Assembly: GCA_964187785.1 (NCBI GenBank)
Contig: OZ076409.1
Coordinates: 7,814,001 to 7,878,000, forward strand
Source: Amphiscolops sp. MND2022
Taxonomy: Eukaryota
Length of the DNA: 64,000 nucleotides
Direction of reading: 5' to 3'
Positions 21,225 to 35,437 of the stretch are shown in pieces; position 1 is the stretch's first letter; each line of letters starts with the position of its first letter. Below the pieces are notes generated by a model. It did not search any database and was not told the DNA's origin. It was given only the letters and a program-made list of their open reading frames with translations. The position numbers and the translations under genes were made by a program.

Positions 21225-22716
21225 CCCTTCTACAGTGCTATCCAGCGATTCCTGCTAGTAAAAAAATTTTTTGGTTCTAGCCGCTAGGATCAACTTTAAA
21301 GTTGGCACACCTATATAACATATATTTCTTATATAACACCATTATAACACTTTTCCTTCTCTCTCTTCTATAGTACAAACATCATACAAAACTCTTTCAA
21401 AACAAGTTTACGGATCCAAATACAGAACAATTAAAATATGTAACAAATACAATAAAATTCATTTTTCCTACATTTATATAATACAATTTTATACAACCTC
21501 TTTGACACAGTCTTAATTGAACTCTATTGTACATGCCGTCATCAGTAGTCATTGTAGTCAAGCTCATTGTCTGCTTTTGGTTCTTTGTTGCTATTGTTGC
21601 CGGTCTTGCACTTTTTCTTGACAAATTCTAAATTTCGTTTCTACCAAAATTTTTAAAAAGTACAACCTTTTCCTTCTTTGTTAACAAGTATAGTACTACC
21701 TCTTTTTGGACTGCTTAGTATCTATCATACCTTTTATACACTTATCCAATAAACACAAAACCCATTCCTTCTTTTCATAAGTACAGCACTTACAATCTTC
21801 TTACAAGTTGTATTCATAGACCAAATCTTACCATATAAATCACAATTCAATACAAAATATCTTCTTTTCCAATACATCTATCCTTTATGGCAATCTTATT
21901 ATACTAACTAAATCTTACACCATATAATGTTTCCTACTCCATTTACATTAAATACAGAAAAAAGACAAAATCGATCTCTCATACAAGATGTAACACCTTT
22001 TCTGAATAACATCATTTTTCAGTACACAAATCCACTTCCATTTGAAACAGAACCCCATACAGTACATACTATTTCATTAGCACGAGAACATTGTGATTCT
22101 TATCTTTATTACATTGGGTATAAAACAATTGAAATAACATCATCACAAACCCCTTTCTAAGTTACTTTTAACCCAGTTAAAGAAACAAACTCTTGAACAT
22201 TTTATAGAACCAATCACCCACAAATTATTTTCCTTTCTATACAAGATGTTTTCCATACATATATGCAAAAACTCATCGAATTCAATGAAAACCAGGACAC
22301 ACCACTCTGTTATCCTTCTCACCTACAAGAACTAAAGCACAGATCTGAATATTTCGAGGTCCCTGATCTTGACACAAAAGTTCAAAGACATGATAACCCT
22401 CATCATTGGCTACAACGAGATATTTTACAAATAAAAAAATTTCCAATAGAGATTCTTTAACAAAATTATCTTTCCGGATGACACTATACCTCAAGTTAAA
22501 ATTTTTACCCAATTCCTATTAAAGTTTCTTAGATTTAATTATCAATTACTTTGCGAACAAAAAGATCAACAAGCTTACATTAATTTTCCTCAAATACTAA
22601 CACATAGAGAACTTTTACCATACATAATCAAATATGAAAACAAACATTTACACTACTGAGTTCTTACATCATTTAATGTTACACATTTTGAACAAATAAA
22701 CTTAGATCACAACTTT

Positions 22717-25700
22717 TTGCTCGAACATTCTGAAACATCAGATAACAGACCTTTTATTACATCCGATACTTCTCCTAAAACAACTCCTGAAGAACAAACC
22801 TCTAATGTTGAACCTTTATATACGGGACAACAATCAGAACAATCAGAACAAGAAACCCTTGCTAACCTTTTTCAAAATTCTGATCCTCTTCAAGAACAAC
22901 CACTCTACCCACCACTATCACAAATCTCAGATATACAACAACCAAATCCTTCTGAAACAACTACAATTCACGTTATATCAGAATTCTCTGAAAACACAGT
23001 ACAAAATAAACGAAGTTTTACAAGAACTGATGATTCAAATATTATAATAATTCCTACCCACAATATTACACAAAACGAAATTTACAACCAAAATCAAGAC
23101 AACACTTTCACTGCAAATCCAGTCACTACAACACCTCTGTTTTATCTACATCCAATACCAAAATTACACAACCTTCTCAGACACAAATACCATCTCCTCG
23201 AAATTATAATCCACCTCCTGTCCCACCTCAATTCTCAACTCAGATGAACACTCATAATTCTCGTCAACAAAGCTCATCAAATACACACCATATTACACAG
23301 AACACATTACAGTACATTTTCAAACACCAACCCCACCATCACCTACTGAAATACAAACTTCAACTTATACTCCAGCTCAAACTAACCCAGTACCAACTAC
23401 ACAACCTTCATTAAATATTAACACCATTCATTCCAACCCATCCTTTAATTATACCACTGCCAGACATCTTTCTCGACCTCCATTACAAACCATATTAAAT
23501 AATCCATTATCGTACAGTCTTACCAGTACTAATCCAAGTCAGACACAACAATCTCAGATAAATTATAACACATCCAATCCATTAAATACTCTTTCTTCTC
23601 AACGTACGTCTAATACAATCACACCTACATTACAAACTTCCCAATTTCAAATACAAAATCCTCCTTCAACAACAATTAGAACCAACCCTCACTTTCATAA
23701 CACTTCTACTACTTCTCTAACTAATATTTCAAATAATCCTACTTACAATACAATACCACCATCTACCGTATCTGATAATACTATGTCACAACCAACATAT
23801 CTTAACTCTTCTACTTCTATATCGGAACCCATTAAACCTTTTGATGGACTAGATCATAATTATACAACTGAAGAATATTTACAACATATTGAGGCACGTG
23901 TTACATTCTCCTTAGGTTTACAACCTACATCAGAACATGAATATAAATTTTGACACGCTCGTCGCATGGCTTCCATACAATGCTCTTTAACAGGTACAGC
24001 ACTTAGCTGGTACATTCGTTTAAACGACACCTATAAACATGATTGGCACGCTTTTGTACAAGCTTTCAAAAAACAATTTTCCTCAAAAAAGAACGCTTAT
24101 TATGCTCAAGTTGAAGCCCTTAATTTAACCAAAAAAGATAACGAAACAGTACGCCATTTTGCACTCAAAGTTCAACAGCTGGTTGAAAAAGGCTGGTGCA
24201 ATGAGAATGCATCCACTATTAACCTTAAATGTAATGAAATCTTTACAAAAGGATTTCCGAAAAATCTTAAAGACTTTGCAAACAAAAGACAAGTAAAACA
24301 CACTTCCACTGTTTTAGAACCTTCAATTCCTTTTCATACATTAGTAAAACTTGTTGACGCTGATGATATTGCAAACGACAAAATCAGAACACACGATCTT
24401 GCACTTGAAATTAATAATGTTACAAAACAACTGAACACTCAAACTCTTTACCTTTCATCACAAGAAGAACTTATGTTTACACAACCCAAAGATCCAAATA
24501 ACAAAAATAAACCTGCATATAAGAAATATTGCTCATACTGTCATAGAACAAATCACTCCATTTCTGCTTGTTTCAAAAAACAACGAGATTATGAAGATAA
24601 ACGAGAAGCATATGCTCGATATAAATCTCCACAAAAATCTTTTGTACAATACTTCCGTCGAAGTACCTCAAGAGACAACTCTTATAATAAACACTATTCA
24701 CAAAATCGATACCGTTCTACATCTAGAGATAAATTTAGTTACGATAAAAGTACTACTCCTCCACACTACTCTAGATCACGATATGATACATACAAACGTG
24801 ATTCCCGGTCATACCGTTCTCCTTACAGATCTTCATACAGATCCCCATATCGACACAACTCTCGTCCTAGATACAGATCACGCTCCTATTCCAGAGACAA
24901 CAAATTCACAAAATATACAAATTCATACAGACCACCTTCAAGACCAAGAGACTCTAGATTTTCTAGATCTCGCTCACACTCTAATTCTAGAAACAAAATT
25001 AATATGATACAACAACAAGACCAATCTGACCCTATAAAATTTGAAGTACACATGTATCACCCAACAGCAATGGCAAATGCTGTCACACCTACAAGTTGGT
25101 TTTTTACATTATATGTACATACACCATCAAGTATAGTACAAAAAGACAACCCATCTACATTGGAAAGTGCACTCCTTCTAGATAGCGGTGCTTCTATTTC
25201 TGTATTAAACTACCCAACATACATAAATCTTACGAAACTCTTAGATATCAGATCAAATCACACTTCCGATGTTGGACCAACTCGAAATTCCAAAACATTA
25301 ACCGTTGCAAACCAAACTGAAGTTCCTATTTTACACTATGCAAATATAATTCTGAACACTACTATTGATGAGAACTCCCGTTACTTTTCAGTACCTTTTG
25401 CAGTAGCTGATATCAAATACAACTTTCTTGGCACACCCTTCTTTGAAGATAATATACAAAACATAAACATACAAGACTTTACACTCGAATTCAAATACCA
25501 ATCAAAAACACACCCAAATTATGCAAAGTTCACAACACTCCTCTCTGAACATTATCCATATTTCTCTTACATTTATAGAATTAATTCAAAGACTCAAATA
25601 CGCCTAAAACCCAAGTCTTCAAAAATTGCACACTTTCCAATAAAAAATTATCATAACATCCATTTTAAAACTACACCACAAAACCACTTCTTCCCTTCAG

Positions 25701-28700
25701 TACCTCATACCTATTTTGCTACTAAATTTCGTACAAATTTCAATTTTATTGAAGTATTCACTGATGACAAACCAGATATATGTGCAACTATCATCCAAAA
25801 CACCTCAAAACATGTTGCAACACTACCTACAGGACATATTGGATACATTGAAAATCCAATTACTAATGAAAAACCCAAGTTCTTCCAAGTTAATGATATT
25901 AACACTTTAATACATAATGTTACTCATACCTACCATCCTGAAATTACAGAACCATTTCCACAAACTAACTATATCGTACAATACGATGGTCCTACAACCC
26001 CTTCTCCTCAAATCTCTTTACATCAAATTTATATGACAAACGATGACATTCCAAATCAACCTTCTCCTTTATATAACGTTCAGCCTACTTCTCATACGTC
26101 CGAAAAACGCCTTTTTCCTTCTCTACCATACACTTCTGAAAATCTGAAATTTATAAATAAATTTAACTTCCAATTTTCTGACCTTACAGACACCGAATAC
26201 ATTACTCTTTGCAATATGTTACTCAAGTATAAAACATGTTATGCAACTCATAAAAACGATGTTGGAAAAATCTCAACACCCTTCCGTATCCGACTTAAAC
26301 CTAATGCTCAACTTATGACACAACGTCCTTCTAAAGTCCCTATTCACTACCGAGACAAACTTAATATACTTCTCAAAGAACTCGAAAAATATAACATTAT
26401 CAAACAAATTGGTTCCTCTCCACAAGACAAACCCGTTTATGGCACAACTTATTTAAACCCTCTCATTATAATCCCCAAGGGAGATACTATAAAATGTGTA
26501 TTAGACGCTCGACATCTTAACTCCAATACAGAACAATCTGATGAATCTTGGCCTATTGAACCTCTTGCTCCACAATTAGCACGCGCAAACAAAAAGTACA
26601 AATCTGCTATTGACCTTATGTATGCCTATGCACATACACCTCTTGATGAAGACACTATAAAACTTGCAATACAATTAAACCAATCCATTCGAAAATTGCA
26701 GCTATCCATAAAATCCCTTCTCCATTTGGCAAAGTTGCCCTGATGAGTTTCATTGGTGCACTCAATTTTTACACCAAATTTATTGAAAAAGTACATATTA
26801 ACCTCAAACCATTTTACGATCTTTTACATGAGAACACTCCTTGGAAATGGACAGACCAACACGAAAGTCTCTTCCAAAAACGAACACGAATGTCTCTCAC
26901 TTCTGAAACAGAACTTACAATACCAAATACAAAACATGCATTTTTCATTACAGTTGACGCTTCTCCTAACCCACAAGAACCTAAACTCTCCACACTTGAT
27001 AGAGAACTTCTTGGTATAGTACTTGCCCTCCAAATTTATGAATTTTTTATCATTGGTTCTCCTCATCCAATACACATTTTTACTGATCACAAACCTTTAT
27101 TACATTGTTTTACAAAGAAAAGTAACCTTAGTCCTCGTTTCTATAGAGCCCAAATGCAATTAACAAAATTTTCAAAACTCAAAAGAATTCACACTCCTGG
27201 AAAAAATCTCTCTGTTGCTGATATGTTAAGTCGCTCTTTTAAAAAAGCTGAATTACAACTCAATCAATTAAAACATAAACAACTTCCACCACAAATTGAT
27301 TCTGCACTTCTACAAGATAACACTCTTAAACCTGTACATTACCTAATTAAACATGAAGAAATTTTACCTCATCAAAAACATGACTCTCACCCAATTCTCG
27401 CGGATTATGGTACGAACCAATTCTCTATTCGTATCAATGATAAAGGAAAAGACATTGTTGTCAAACCATTAAAATCTTTCTCATTCAAATATATAACTCC
27501 TTTTCAAACCAAGTTCAAAACGCCTATAAAAAAGAACAATAAAACCCTTCATCAACAATCTCTCTTACTCAGTGATACTGATGTTACAAGCGATGACGAA
27601 GATCATATATATACCAGAATTCCAAAATCTGACTCTTCTTTCCTACATGACACAACATTACAAACAGAAAACTATTCTACTCTTAAACAAGTAACCCCAA
27701 ATACGGCACAAAAATCTGTTTCTGCAATAAATGTACAACCAAATCTACCATCTCTCACACATTGTCCACAGATTATACCTTTCTATGATACATCATTTTT
27801 TAAGGACAAAAACTATTTTCAAGGTTTTTTCTTCCCAGATGACTATTCATTAGACATAACAACACTTCAACAACAACAATCCCAAGACCCGGTTCTTAGA
27901 ACTGTTCATTCTTGGATCATCAAAAATGAACAACCTGAGACTCTAACACCACTTATCACTGGAACTCCTTTTCTACATGCTTATTACAAACGATTTGCAC
28001 AACTTTTTATAGATGACTCCACAAATCTTATTAGCCTTTATACTAAACACCCTACTACTCTAAACCAATCTGCTACTCCAGATTTTGTACGCGCTACTAT
28101 TCGAATATGTCTTCCATTTCGACTCTTCAAAACTGTTTTTAACAAACTTCATGAACACTCCCATACAGGCATCAAAATTACATATAACACAGTCACACAA
28201 TATTACTACATTCCATTTGTTGAAAAATGGCTTTCCATTTTTATACATGACTGTATTGAATGTCAACGCAATAAACACTTCAACATAAAAATTCAAACTG
28301 CTCCTACACAATCCTTTTCAGAACATGCTCCATTTTTCAATTACCGCAATTTAATGGACACTAAAGGACCTAATAATCCTCCTTCCCACAACAAATCATA
28401 TATACATGTAATAATTGACGCTTTTAGTCACTTTGTTGTTACAGTCCCATCAAATCAAACAACGCAAAGACTGCTATCAAAACTCTTCTACACCATTGGA
28501 TTATTAAATTTGGACCACCTATATATCTTGTCACTGATCGTGGATCAGAATATGTTAATAAAGAAATGGCACACCTTTGTACACTTATGGGAATTCGTCC
28601 TTCTCCAAGAACAGCTTACTCTCCGTGGACAAATGGCCTTGTCGAAGTACAAAACAGAAATCTTGGTACAAATCTACGAATGTTCTTACATGACACACCT

Positions 28701-29725
28701 AAAGATTGGGCATTCCAAGTCCATATGTACGCTTATGCACATAATTCACAACCACTTTCAGAACTCAGTATTTCTCCTCATGATATTGTTTTTCACACCA
28801 GACCCAGAATCCTCCTTACTTTCGATTTGAATCTTAACAGAGACACCTCTAAAACATGTATTTCACGCTATTGCTCTCAACTTCCAGATTACTCCCACTA
28901 TGATAAATCATATCTTAACCCATTTTTAATAAAACACTTTCAAAACCTATTCCACAATGGTTTCTCGCCGTAGAGACTGCTATGTTACAAATTTATTCCA
29001 CCGTATACGAAAACACTTTACGAAAAATCAATTCACACGCATACATTACCAAAACATACCACGAAGGTAAACCCCTTTCTATTGGCACCTTTGTTTTAAA
29101 ACGCAATTTCACAGACGTACATTTTTCTGACAAACTAAAACCCCTTCGTATTGGACCATACAAAAGTATTGATAGACTATCAGATGTTACATATGAACTA
29201 CTTGCACAAGATGGCTCTACAATACATGTTCACAGAAATCATTTAATTCCATATCATCCAAAAGAACCACTCTTATGTCCACATTTGCGTAGTTTCATGC
29301 GCTTTTCAGACACAACTCAATTCAACATTCCACAACCTACCAAATATGCAAACAGTGATTCTTCTCCTTTTAACTCAGACGAATCCTTATCAGACGAAGA
29401 TTCTCAAACATTCATGACACCATCCACAACCGATAATTCTTCTCAAACATTTGTGACACCATCATCATTTAGAACGTCCAATCAAAGTACACCATCTACA
29501 ACATCCAATGATAAGTCTTTGACTTCCTCAACCATTGACAACTCCTTATATAAACATATAATTAACACCCCTCACACTAATATCTCTAGTGACAGATCAA
29601 GACACCCTTCTAATAACCAAACAACTCACTTCCTCCTCTAATTGACAGAACTACTAAAACTACTTATAAACTACGACAACAACCCAAATTAGATTATAGC
29701 TTTTTTATTACACCCTCAAAACTGT
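22717..29725 (+). pseudogene. gag-pol: gag-pol of element 2, disrupted
   Basis: CSYCHRTNHSISAC knuckle, RS-rich region, LLDSGAS protease, RT start, RNase H and integrase are spread over ORFs 23966-26743, 26743-28830, 28566-28973 and 28982-29641. The RT YxDD core is missing near 26665 and part of RNase H is missing after VDAS. Confidence 0.9.
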
Positions 29726-29789
29726 AACTTCGTCATTCTACCCTCTGGCTCACTCAAAACTAGTCACTACAGCTGAATGAAAAATAACC

Positions 29790-31141
29790 AATAACAAGTT
29801 ATCTCAAAGATAACCTGTTGAAAACATTTCAAGAATCCTGGATTCTTCCTCTGATATATCTCCATCAGCTCCAAGTATTCCTTCTACTTCTGAATCGTCA
29901 GTATCAAACACTACAAACTCTAGTAATGTAACTCCTCCTACTCCTTCTAAAAGATCATACGTTTCTGAAACAACATCTTCATCACTCCTTCATAGACCAC
30001 CTATAACTGAAATACCTATAAACACTCGTACTCAACAAACTCCTATTAACACTCCTATAGTACACATACCAAACCCTGAAAGTGTTGAACAATACGTAAA
30101 TTACAAACATCCCACAGCTATCAAAACTGTTAGACTACAACCTCAGCTCAACCTTGTACAAATCCCTTATACTGAATATACAAAATTACCTTCACTGAAA
30201 TTACCATCGGAACTTAGTACTACTCCTTCAAAACTTTATCCACCATTAAAACCTCTTCGAAAACCTTCTACATCACTCTCAAATCTCTCAGACAATACAT
30301 CAGAATACACTCCATCACAAGATACAACAGGCTCACTTTTTGTACCACACCATAGATATAATCTTCGAGATCTTCCTTCAAGAAGACTTAGTACAGACAC
30401 TTCTACACTTAATCTATCTGCCAGATAGATTAAGTGTAGAAGTGTCTGTACTAAGTCTTCTTGAAGGAAGATCTCGAAGATTATATCTATGGTGTGGTAC
30501 AAAAAGTGAGCCTGTTGTATCTTGTGATGGAGTGTATCTCTTTCTAGCAGTGCTCTTTCTAGCAATTCTACTTTAAGACTCCTACGACAACACGCACAAC
30601 CGTTGTCTTCTGAAACAAATTCTTCTGACTTTTTTCCTTCTCCATGTTTTACATCTGGTTTTGACACCGCTTCTCTACTTTCCTCAGACGCTCAGACTGC
30701 ATTCCTATCCGGAAATCGTTTCTCAGAAGTTATAATACCTACTCCTGTCCCCGCACATATTAGAATACCTGAATATTATACTGCAGATCAATCTAGCCCT
30801 CCAACCCCAAATTTTTTTGCTGACCACCCACTTTGAGTCGATGGTATAACCATTTACGACCCACAGCACGACCCTAGATTTCCTATCCTTGCAGAACGTT
30901 TCAGTACAAATAACGATCTCTTATCTCACAAAAGAAAGGAAACAGAACTAAAACGCCTTCAGACACCGAATCTAGAACTCAAATTTGAAGTAAAAGTCAA
31001 ATTCCAGGGTTTAAATCCACATCCAATATTTCACGTCTCAAAGATAGAACATAAAACTTAACCTGCTCCTTTTGAAGTGATACACATTGATTTTGAACGA
31101 GACCTCAATATACCTACTATCACATATGGCAAAATTCTGTA
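29790..31141 (+). pseudogene. Ser/Pro/Thr-rich accessory ORF between pol and env, interrupted by a fold-back insertion and stops
   Basis: One frame reads SSDISPSAPSIPS...STLNLS before the palindrome centre and LSSSALSS...ADHPL after it, then continues through stops. Confidence 0.5.
30305..30537. repeat. Perfect palindrome: 116-bp arms, 1-nt spacer
   Basis: 30305-30420 is the exact reverse complement of 30422-30537. Confidence 0.95.
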
Positions 31142-31312
31142 ACCCATACTCAGGTCTTAAATATACTACCTCTTTTTGAACTCCTTACAACTTCATACAT
31201 AACAATTCTCATACTCTATTCACACTTATTTAACTTTACCTTTTCAATACCCATAACACCCTCTGACACAGAACACTATCTTCCATCGGATGATCCAAGT
31301 ATTACAAATCTC

Positions 31313-33355
31313 ATGGTTTCTCATTATGACTGTGCAAAACAACACAATTTGAGACATTTAAATTTACTTAATGTAAAACAATGCACTGAAGCTCCTTCTG
31401 ACATTAAACATGCAAGTGTTAAAGCCCGTGTATATGTCCGCGCAAAAGCTAAACGCATCAAAGCTTTTAAATGTGTTGCTTATGCAAAGAAAGAAAGAAA
31501 AGTATGCTTTCAAGGCTCCGTAAAATACCGTCGTGTTGATAGAACAGTATGGAATCATAATACATCACCGCTTCCTGTTACTCTTGATCCATTAGAGTGT
31601 ATAAACATTATAAGACATTTAAATGGTACAATTGATAAAATATTGAACAACCTCCACTACAATAAAACTTTCACTTTCTCAGAGGACCATGATTTTCCAG
31701 AACGATTAGAACAATATCAAACTCCTTTCACGGTATACCAATTGAACAAAATGTACACAGGCACATTTACATTTATGCCCGCCGATAAAAACTGGATATA
31801 TGACGCTACTCAAAACCCTTATCATAACTGTCCTGCTCATCACCAATTCGAAGTCAACCTAGTTAGTTGGCGATTAGAAATTTCCGAAGTAGAACTTACT
31901 TATGATGACACATCTAATGACATGATAATAGATGGCCATACATTACCCTGCTATTTTGCAGATGGTTTTTGTAAACCCACAACGAAAACCCCTTATACTC
32001 TTGTTTGGTTCAATGATGACTATTGCCTAATTTTCACATTACAAGTTTTCATTGGTCGTATGACAAAAATTGAAGATAGATATTGGATTGAAACAGACTC
32101 TTTTGTACATTCTCCACACTCAATAAAACCTAAAACAACTTCTGGTATCAAAGGTACAGAACATCCCTATGTTTATGCTCCTCATACACAACATCCAAAT
32201 AACCCAAGTCTTTCAAGATTTAAAGTTTTTCCTACAGCACAAACCTTTTGTGGTAAACCAGACCCTTTTTATTCTACACAATACTCAGACCTTTTTGTTA
32301 CATACACTGATGATTTCAATATGCATACAGGACAACCCAATCCTCATTCTACGATTGATGAATATATTTCTGGTAAAATAGTATTGGACACTTCAAATAA
32401 CAAATTTATATTCCCTGCATTAAATGTTTCAAACAATTTTGCTACCATTGACTATGATGCACATATAAACACGAAAATAGATTACACTATTAACCATGTT
32501 TTTAGATCAATGACGGTACAAGAACTAAATACTCTACATACCATATGTGAATTAAAACGAAATCAACTTCTTACAATACTCGCAATGTCAGTACAAAATC
32601 CTCAACTTGCTGGTTTTCTTTTAACCGGTAATCGAAGTAATTTCTTATACGTTGAAGGCTCAACCGCCTGGTTTTATGACTGTCCTCATTTTTTATCCCC
32701 TTTATATAAAGCTGATAAATGCTTTGACCGTATACCTATACATTTTAAAGATACATTAATGTACGTTGATCCCATTACACGACAAACTTATGATTATGCT
32801 ACACCAATTACATGTGATATTAATCCACGTAACATTATTGAACTAGATCCTGATTCAGACGATCAAGATTTTTACATTCTTGGACCTGAACCTATTAAAC
32901 GCAAACCTCCACTAATGTTTACACCTTCACAAATTAAAACTACAATACGTCCTAACACTTTTACAGCTCAATATGCTGGTATATATTCTAATGTAGAACT
33001 TGACCAATTTTGGAATCGTATTTTATTTTCCAAACATTCTGATTCTACACTTCAATTACTAGGCAAAGCTCTTAGCTATTCTTTCATTTCATCTAACACT
33101 CCTAATTATGATGCAGATTCCCCTCAAGATTCTGGTAATCCTTATAATACATTACGTATAGGACTACATGACAAACTCTTGAATTTAACTCCTCTTTTTA
33201 CGCCTACATGGTTTTCAGATGCTTTTATTGCACTTTTTGGATACCCTTGTTATATTCTCACACAATGTGGTATGTATTTTTCTACATTCCTTTTTGTAAA
33301 AGCCACTCTCACACTCATTGTCAAACTTATTGATATACAAAACAATATCTATTAA
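31313..33355 (+). CDS. env: Envelope glycoprotein, class III fusion type (chuvirus glycoprotein / herpes gB-like); probably extended from about 31126 to about 33830 before frameshifts
   Basis: YDC-x16-C N-terminal pattern, AFKC...RKVC, LAMSVQNPQLAGFLL...YDC, CFDRIPI...MYVDPITR...PITC; C-terminal hydrophobic segment; in-frame hydrophobic stretch upstream of 31313. Confidence 0.75.
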   Translation: MVSHYDCAKQHNLRHLNLLNVKQCTEAPSDIKHASVKARVYVRAKAKRIKAFKCVAYAKKERKVCFQGSVKYRRVDRTVWNHNTSPLPVTLDPLECINIIRHLNGTIDKILNNLHYNKTFTFSEDHDFPERLEQYQTPFTVYQLNKMYTGTFTFMPADKNWIYDATQNPYHNCPAHHQFEVNLVSWRLEISEVELTYDDTSNDMIIDGHTLPCYFADGFCKPTTKTPYTLVWFNDDYCLIFTLQVFIGRMTKIEDRYWIETDSFVHSPHSIKPKTTSGIKGTEHPYVYAPHTQHPNNPSLSRFKVFPTAQTFCGKPDPFYSTQYSDLFVTYTDDFNMHTGQPNPHSTIDEYISGKIVLDTSNNKFIFPALNVSNNFATIDYDAHINTKIDYTINHVFRSMTVQELNTLHTICELKRNQLLTILAMSVQNPQLAGFLLTGNRSNFLYVEGSTAWFYDCPHFLSPLYKADKCFDRIPIHFKDTLMYVDPITRQTYDYATPITCDINPRNIIELDPDSDDQDFYILGPEPIKRKPPLMFTPSQIKTTIRPNTFTAQYAGIYSNVELDQFWNRILFSKHSDSTLQLLGKALSYSFISSNTPNYDADSPQDSGNPYNTLRIGLHDKLLNLTPLFTPTWFSDAFIALFGYPCYILTQCGMYFSTFLFVKATLTLIVKLIDIQNNIY

Positions 33356-34049
33356 ATATAAAAAAAATAATATTACCATTTTTAGCTCCATAGCACATGG
33401 TTTTTTTAATGTTCTTACAGCACGAATGGTCAATGACCTCAATGAGACTCAAAAAAGACCCAAAAGTACACTTTTAAAATCCAAATCCTTAGATAATATT
33501 ATTGACACTTCAACAAATTTAATTAATCATTCTACCGATGTGATACCGATTACTTCCCCTCCACCTTTCTATACTAAACGTCCTAACAAAATTCAATTTC
33601 CTAAATTTAAATTGTTTCCGAAACGACACCACAATTCCCATCAAAAAACTGCTCCACTTCCTTTCTCTCCTGTCAACATCGTCCACTTCCTAATTATACT
33701 CATAAAAACTTTCATCCGAATAACAACCTAACTACCCAACATGACACTTTAATTAACAATTCTGTCACCTCTACTACGGATACACCAATTAAAATGTATT
33801 CACGGATAAACTATCCTTTTCCTCCTCCATCTTCTTGAACACTCTCTCAGTTTTTTGCAAACTCTCCTCCAGCACACTTGCCTACTACTTCTTTTCACAA
33901 TTGCTACTCCTCCACCGCTCGAAACCCTTGCAGAAGTTCATCTTCCTCAATCCAATAACACCTCTCTCATAATAACAATCTTCAAAAACTCTTCACCTAA
34001 AATTGATAAATCCACTCGTTAATTTCATTTAAAGTACTTTCACTTTAAA

Positions 34050-34361
34050 GTGATAAGGCCTCTTGGAATAGATAACACTGAGACTGTTGATGTTTTTCCT
34101 TTAAACACAATGACACAAGCACAAATTGATCTACAAACACAGCTTGAACAAGCAACCCCAACAGATCTTATAACTAGACCTCTTTCAAATGATTCTCCTG
34201 TTCTCTATATCGAGACTTCTGAACAAACACCTCCAACTTTTCTTGAACAAATGGAACACAAAAAAGTTGAACACGAAAATTCAAAACCTACTCCTTCACA
34301 AGATGATAATGATCATACACAAACAACACCACTTCCTCCAAAAAGCGATATGAAATTATGA
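34050..34361 (+). CDS. Accessory ORF of element 2, unknown function
   Basis: Open frame with the element's base composition; its stop overlaps the next ATG (ATGA). Confidence 0.45.
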   Translation: MIRPLGIDNTETVDVFPLNTMTQAQIDLQTQLEQATPTDLITRPLSNDSPVLYIETSEQTPPTFLEQMEHKKVEHENSKPTPSQDDNDHTQTTPLPPKSDMKL

Positions 34362-35437
34362 AAGATCCAATCTTTCTTTCTTCACCAGTATACCCTCCTT
34401 CAATACCTTCAAAAATTTCACTTTGCACGAATCGCGATGATCATTTGATCCCACTTCTTCCTACTGGCGATTTCGTCTTTAAAGCACAACTAACTTCCCT
34501 ATATATGCATCCTACTGATTATTCATTCCGCTTATATGACAAAAATCAAGACTTCTTCACATCAATTGCCTCCAAAATAATGGGTCCATACCAATATTGG
34601 CTCGATAATGGAGTTAAAATTTTCTCTCTACAATTCAATTTTCTTCGTCCTTCCATCTACGATCTCAAAACAGATGAATCTGATCCATCTTTCCTTTCTA
34701 TTTCACAAAAAGCTACTCATCATCAAACATATACTAAATTTCTACAATACACCAAACCACAAAATCACATTTTCGTCAATTACAAATATACATCACCGTT
34801 CACGATGACAAATATGTACACTCTTGACCACTCTTGTATCACAGGCTATCTTCGAAACTATGACTCTATAAAACAATACTTTTGTCTGCTTCCGTACAAT
34901 AATACTTCACGTCCACTTATTGTACCTCAAGAATACCTCATACGTTACGATGACTTTTTGTTGCCTTGCAACATTCCTACTCAAATTGTCAAACCTCTCA
35001 CTGTCATTAAACACCTAGTATCTTCTCCACTTGACGATAAAGATAGAACTTACTATACAGCACTCTACAAGCAAACGTATTCCTACAATGAACTTCTCTT
35101 CATTTCTGCAAAAACTATTTCTTTCATGGTACAAGCTGAACAAAAAACTGAACATAAATCACACGCTTCACCTATAAAAAACGCTCCTGACAAACTTTCC
35201 TCTGTACTAGATAACCGAACACTGCGAGACATGACCAATTTACTAGAACCATATAAACGAAGTCCTTCTGAAACACCTATCACAACACTCACACATATAC
35301 TACAATGTTATGACAGAACACACAAACTTCTACAGACACTTGATTTAGACTCTAAACGCATCACTCAATCATCCCAAGCAATTCAATCTGCTTTGGAAAC
35401 TATAACTACTCTTATTAACTCAACTAATCTTCATTAA
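34358..35437 (+). CDS. Accessory ORF of element 2 (359 aa), unknown function
   Basis: ATG-initiated long ORF between env and the 3' LTR; coiled-coil-like C-terminus. Confidence 0.65.
   Translation: MKDPIFLSSPVYPPSIPSKISLCTNRDDHLIPLLPTGDFVFKAQLTSLYMHPTDYSFRLYDKNQDFFTSIASKIMGPYQYWLDNGVKIFSLQFNFLRPSIYDLKTDESDPSFLSISQKATHHQTYTKFLQYTKPQNHIFVNYKYTSPFTMTNMYTLDHSCITGYLRNYDSIKQYFCLLPYNNTSRPLIVPQEYLIRYDDFLLPCNIPTQIVKPLTVIKHLVSSPLDDKDRTYYTALYKQTYSYNELLFISAKTISFMVQAEQKTEHKSHASPIKNAPDKLSSVLDNRTLRDMTNLLEPYKRSPSETPITTLTHILQCYDRTHKLLQTLDLDSKRITQSSQAIQSALETITTLINSTNLH

Noticed and set aside
30236..30667. Two ORFs on opposite strands encoding the same peptide
   Set aside because: A by-product of the perfect palindrome.
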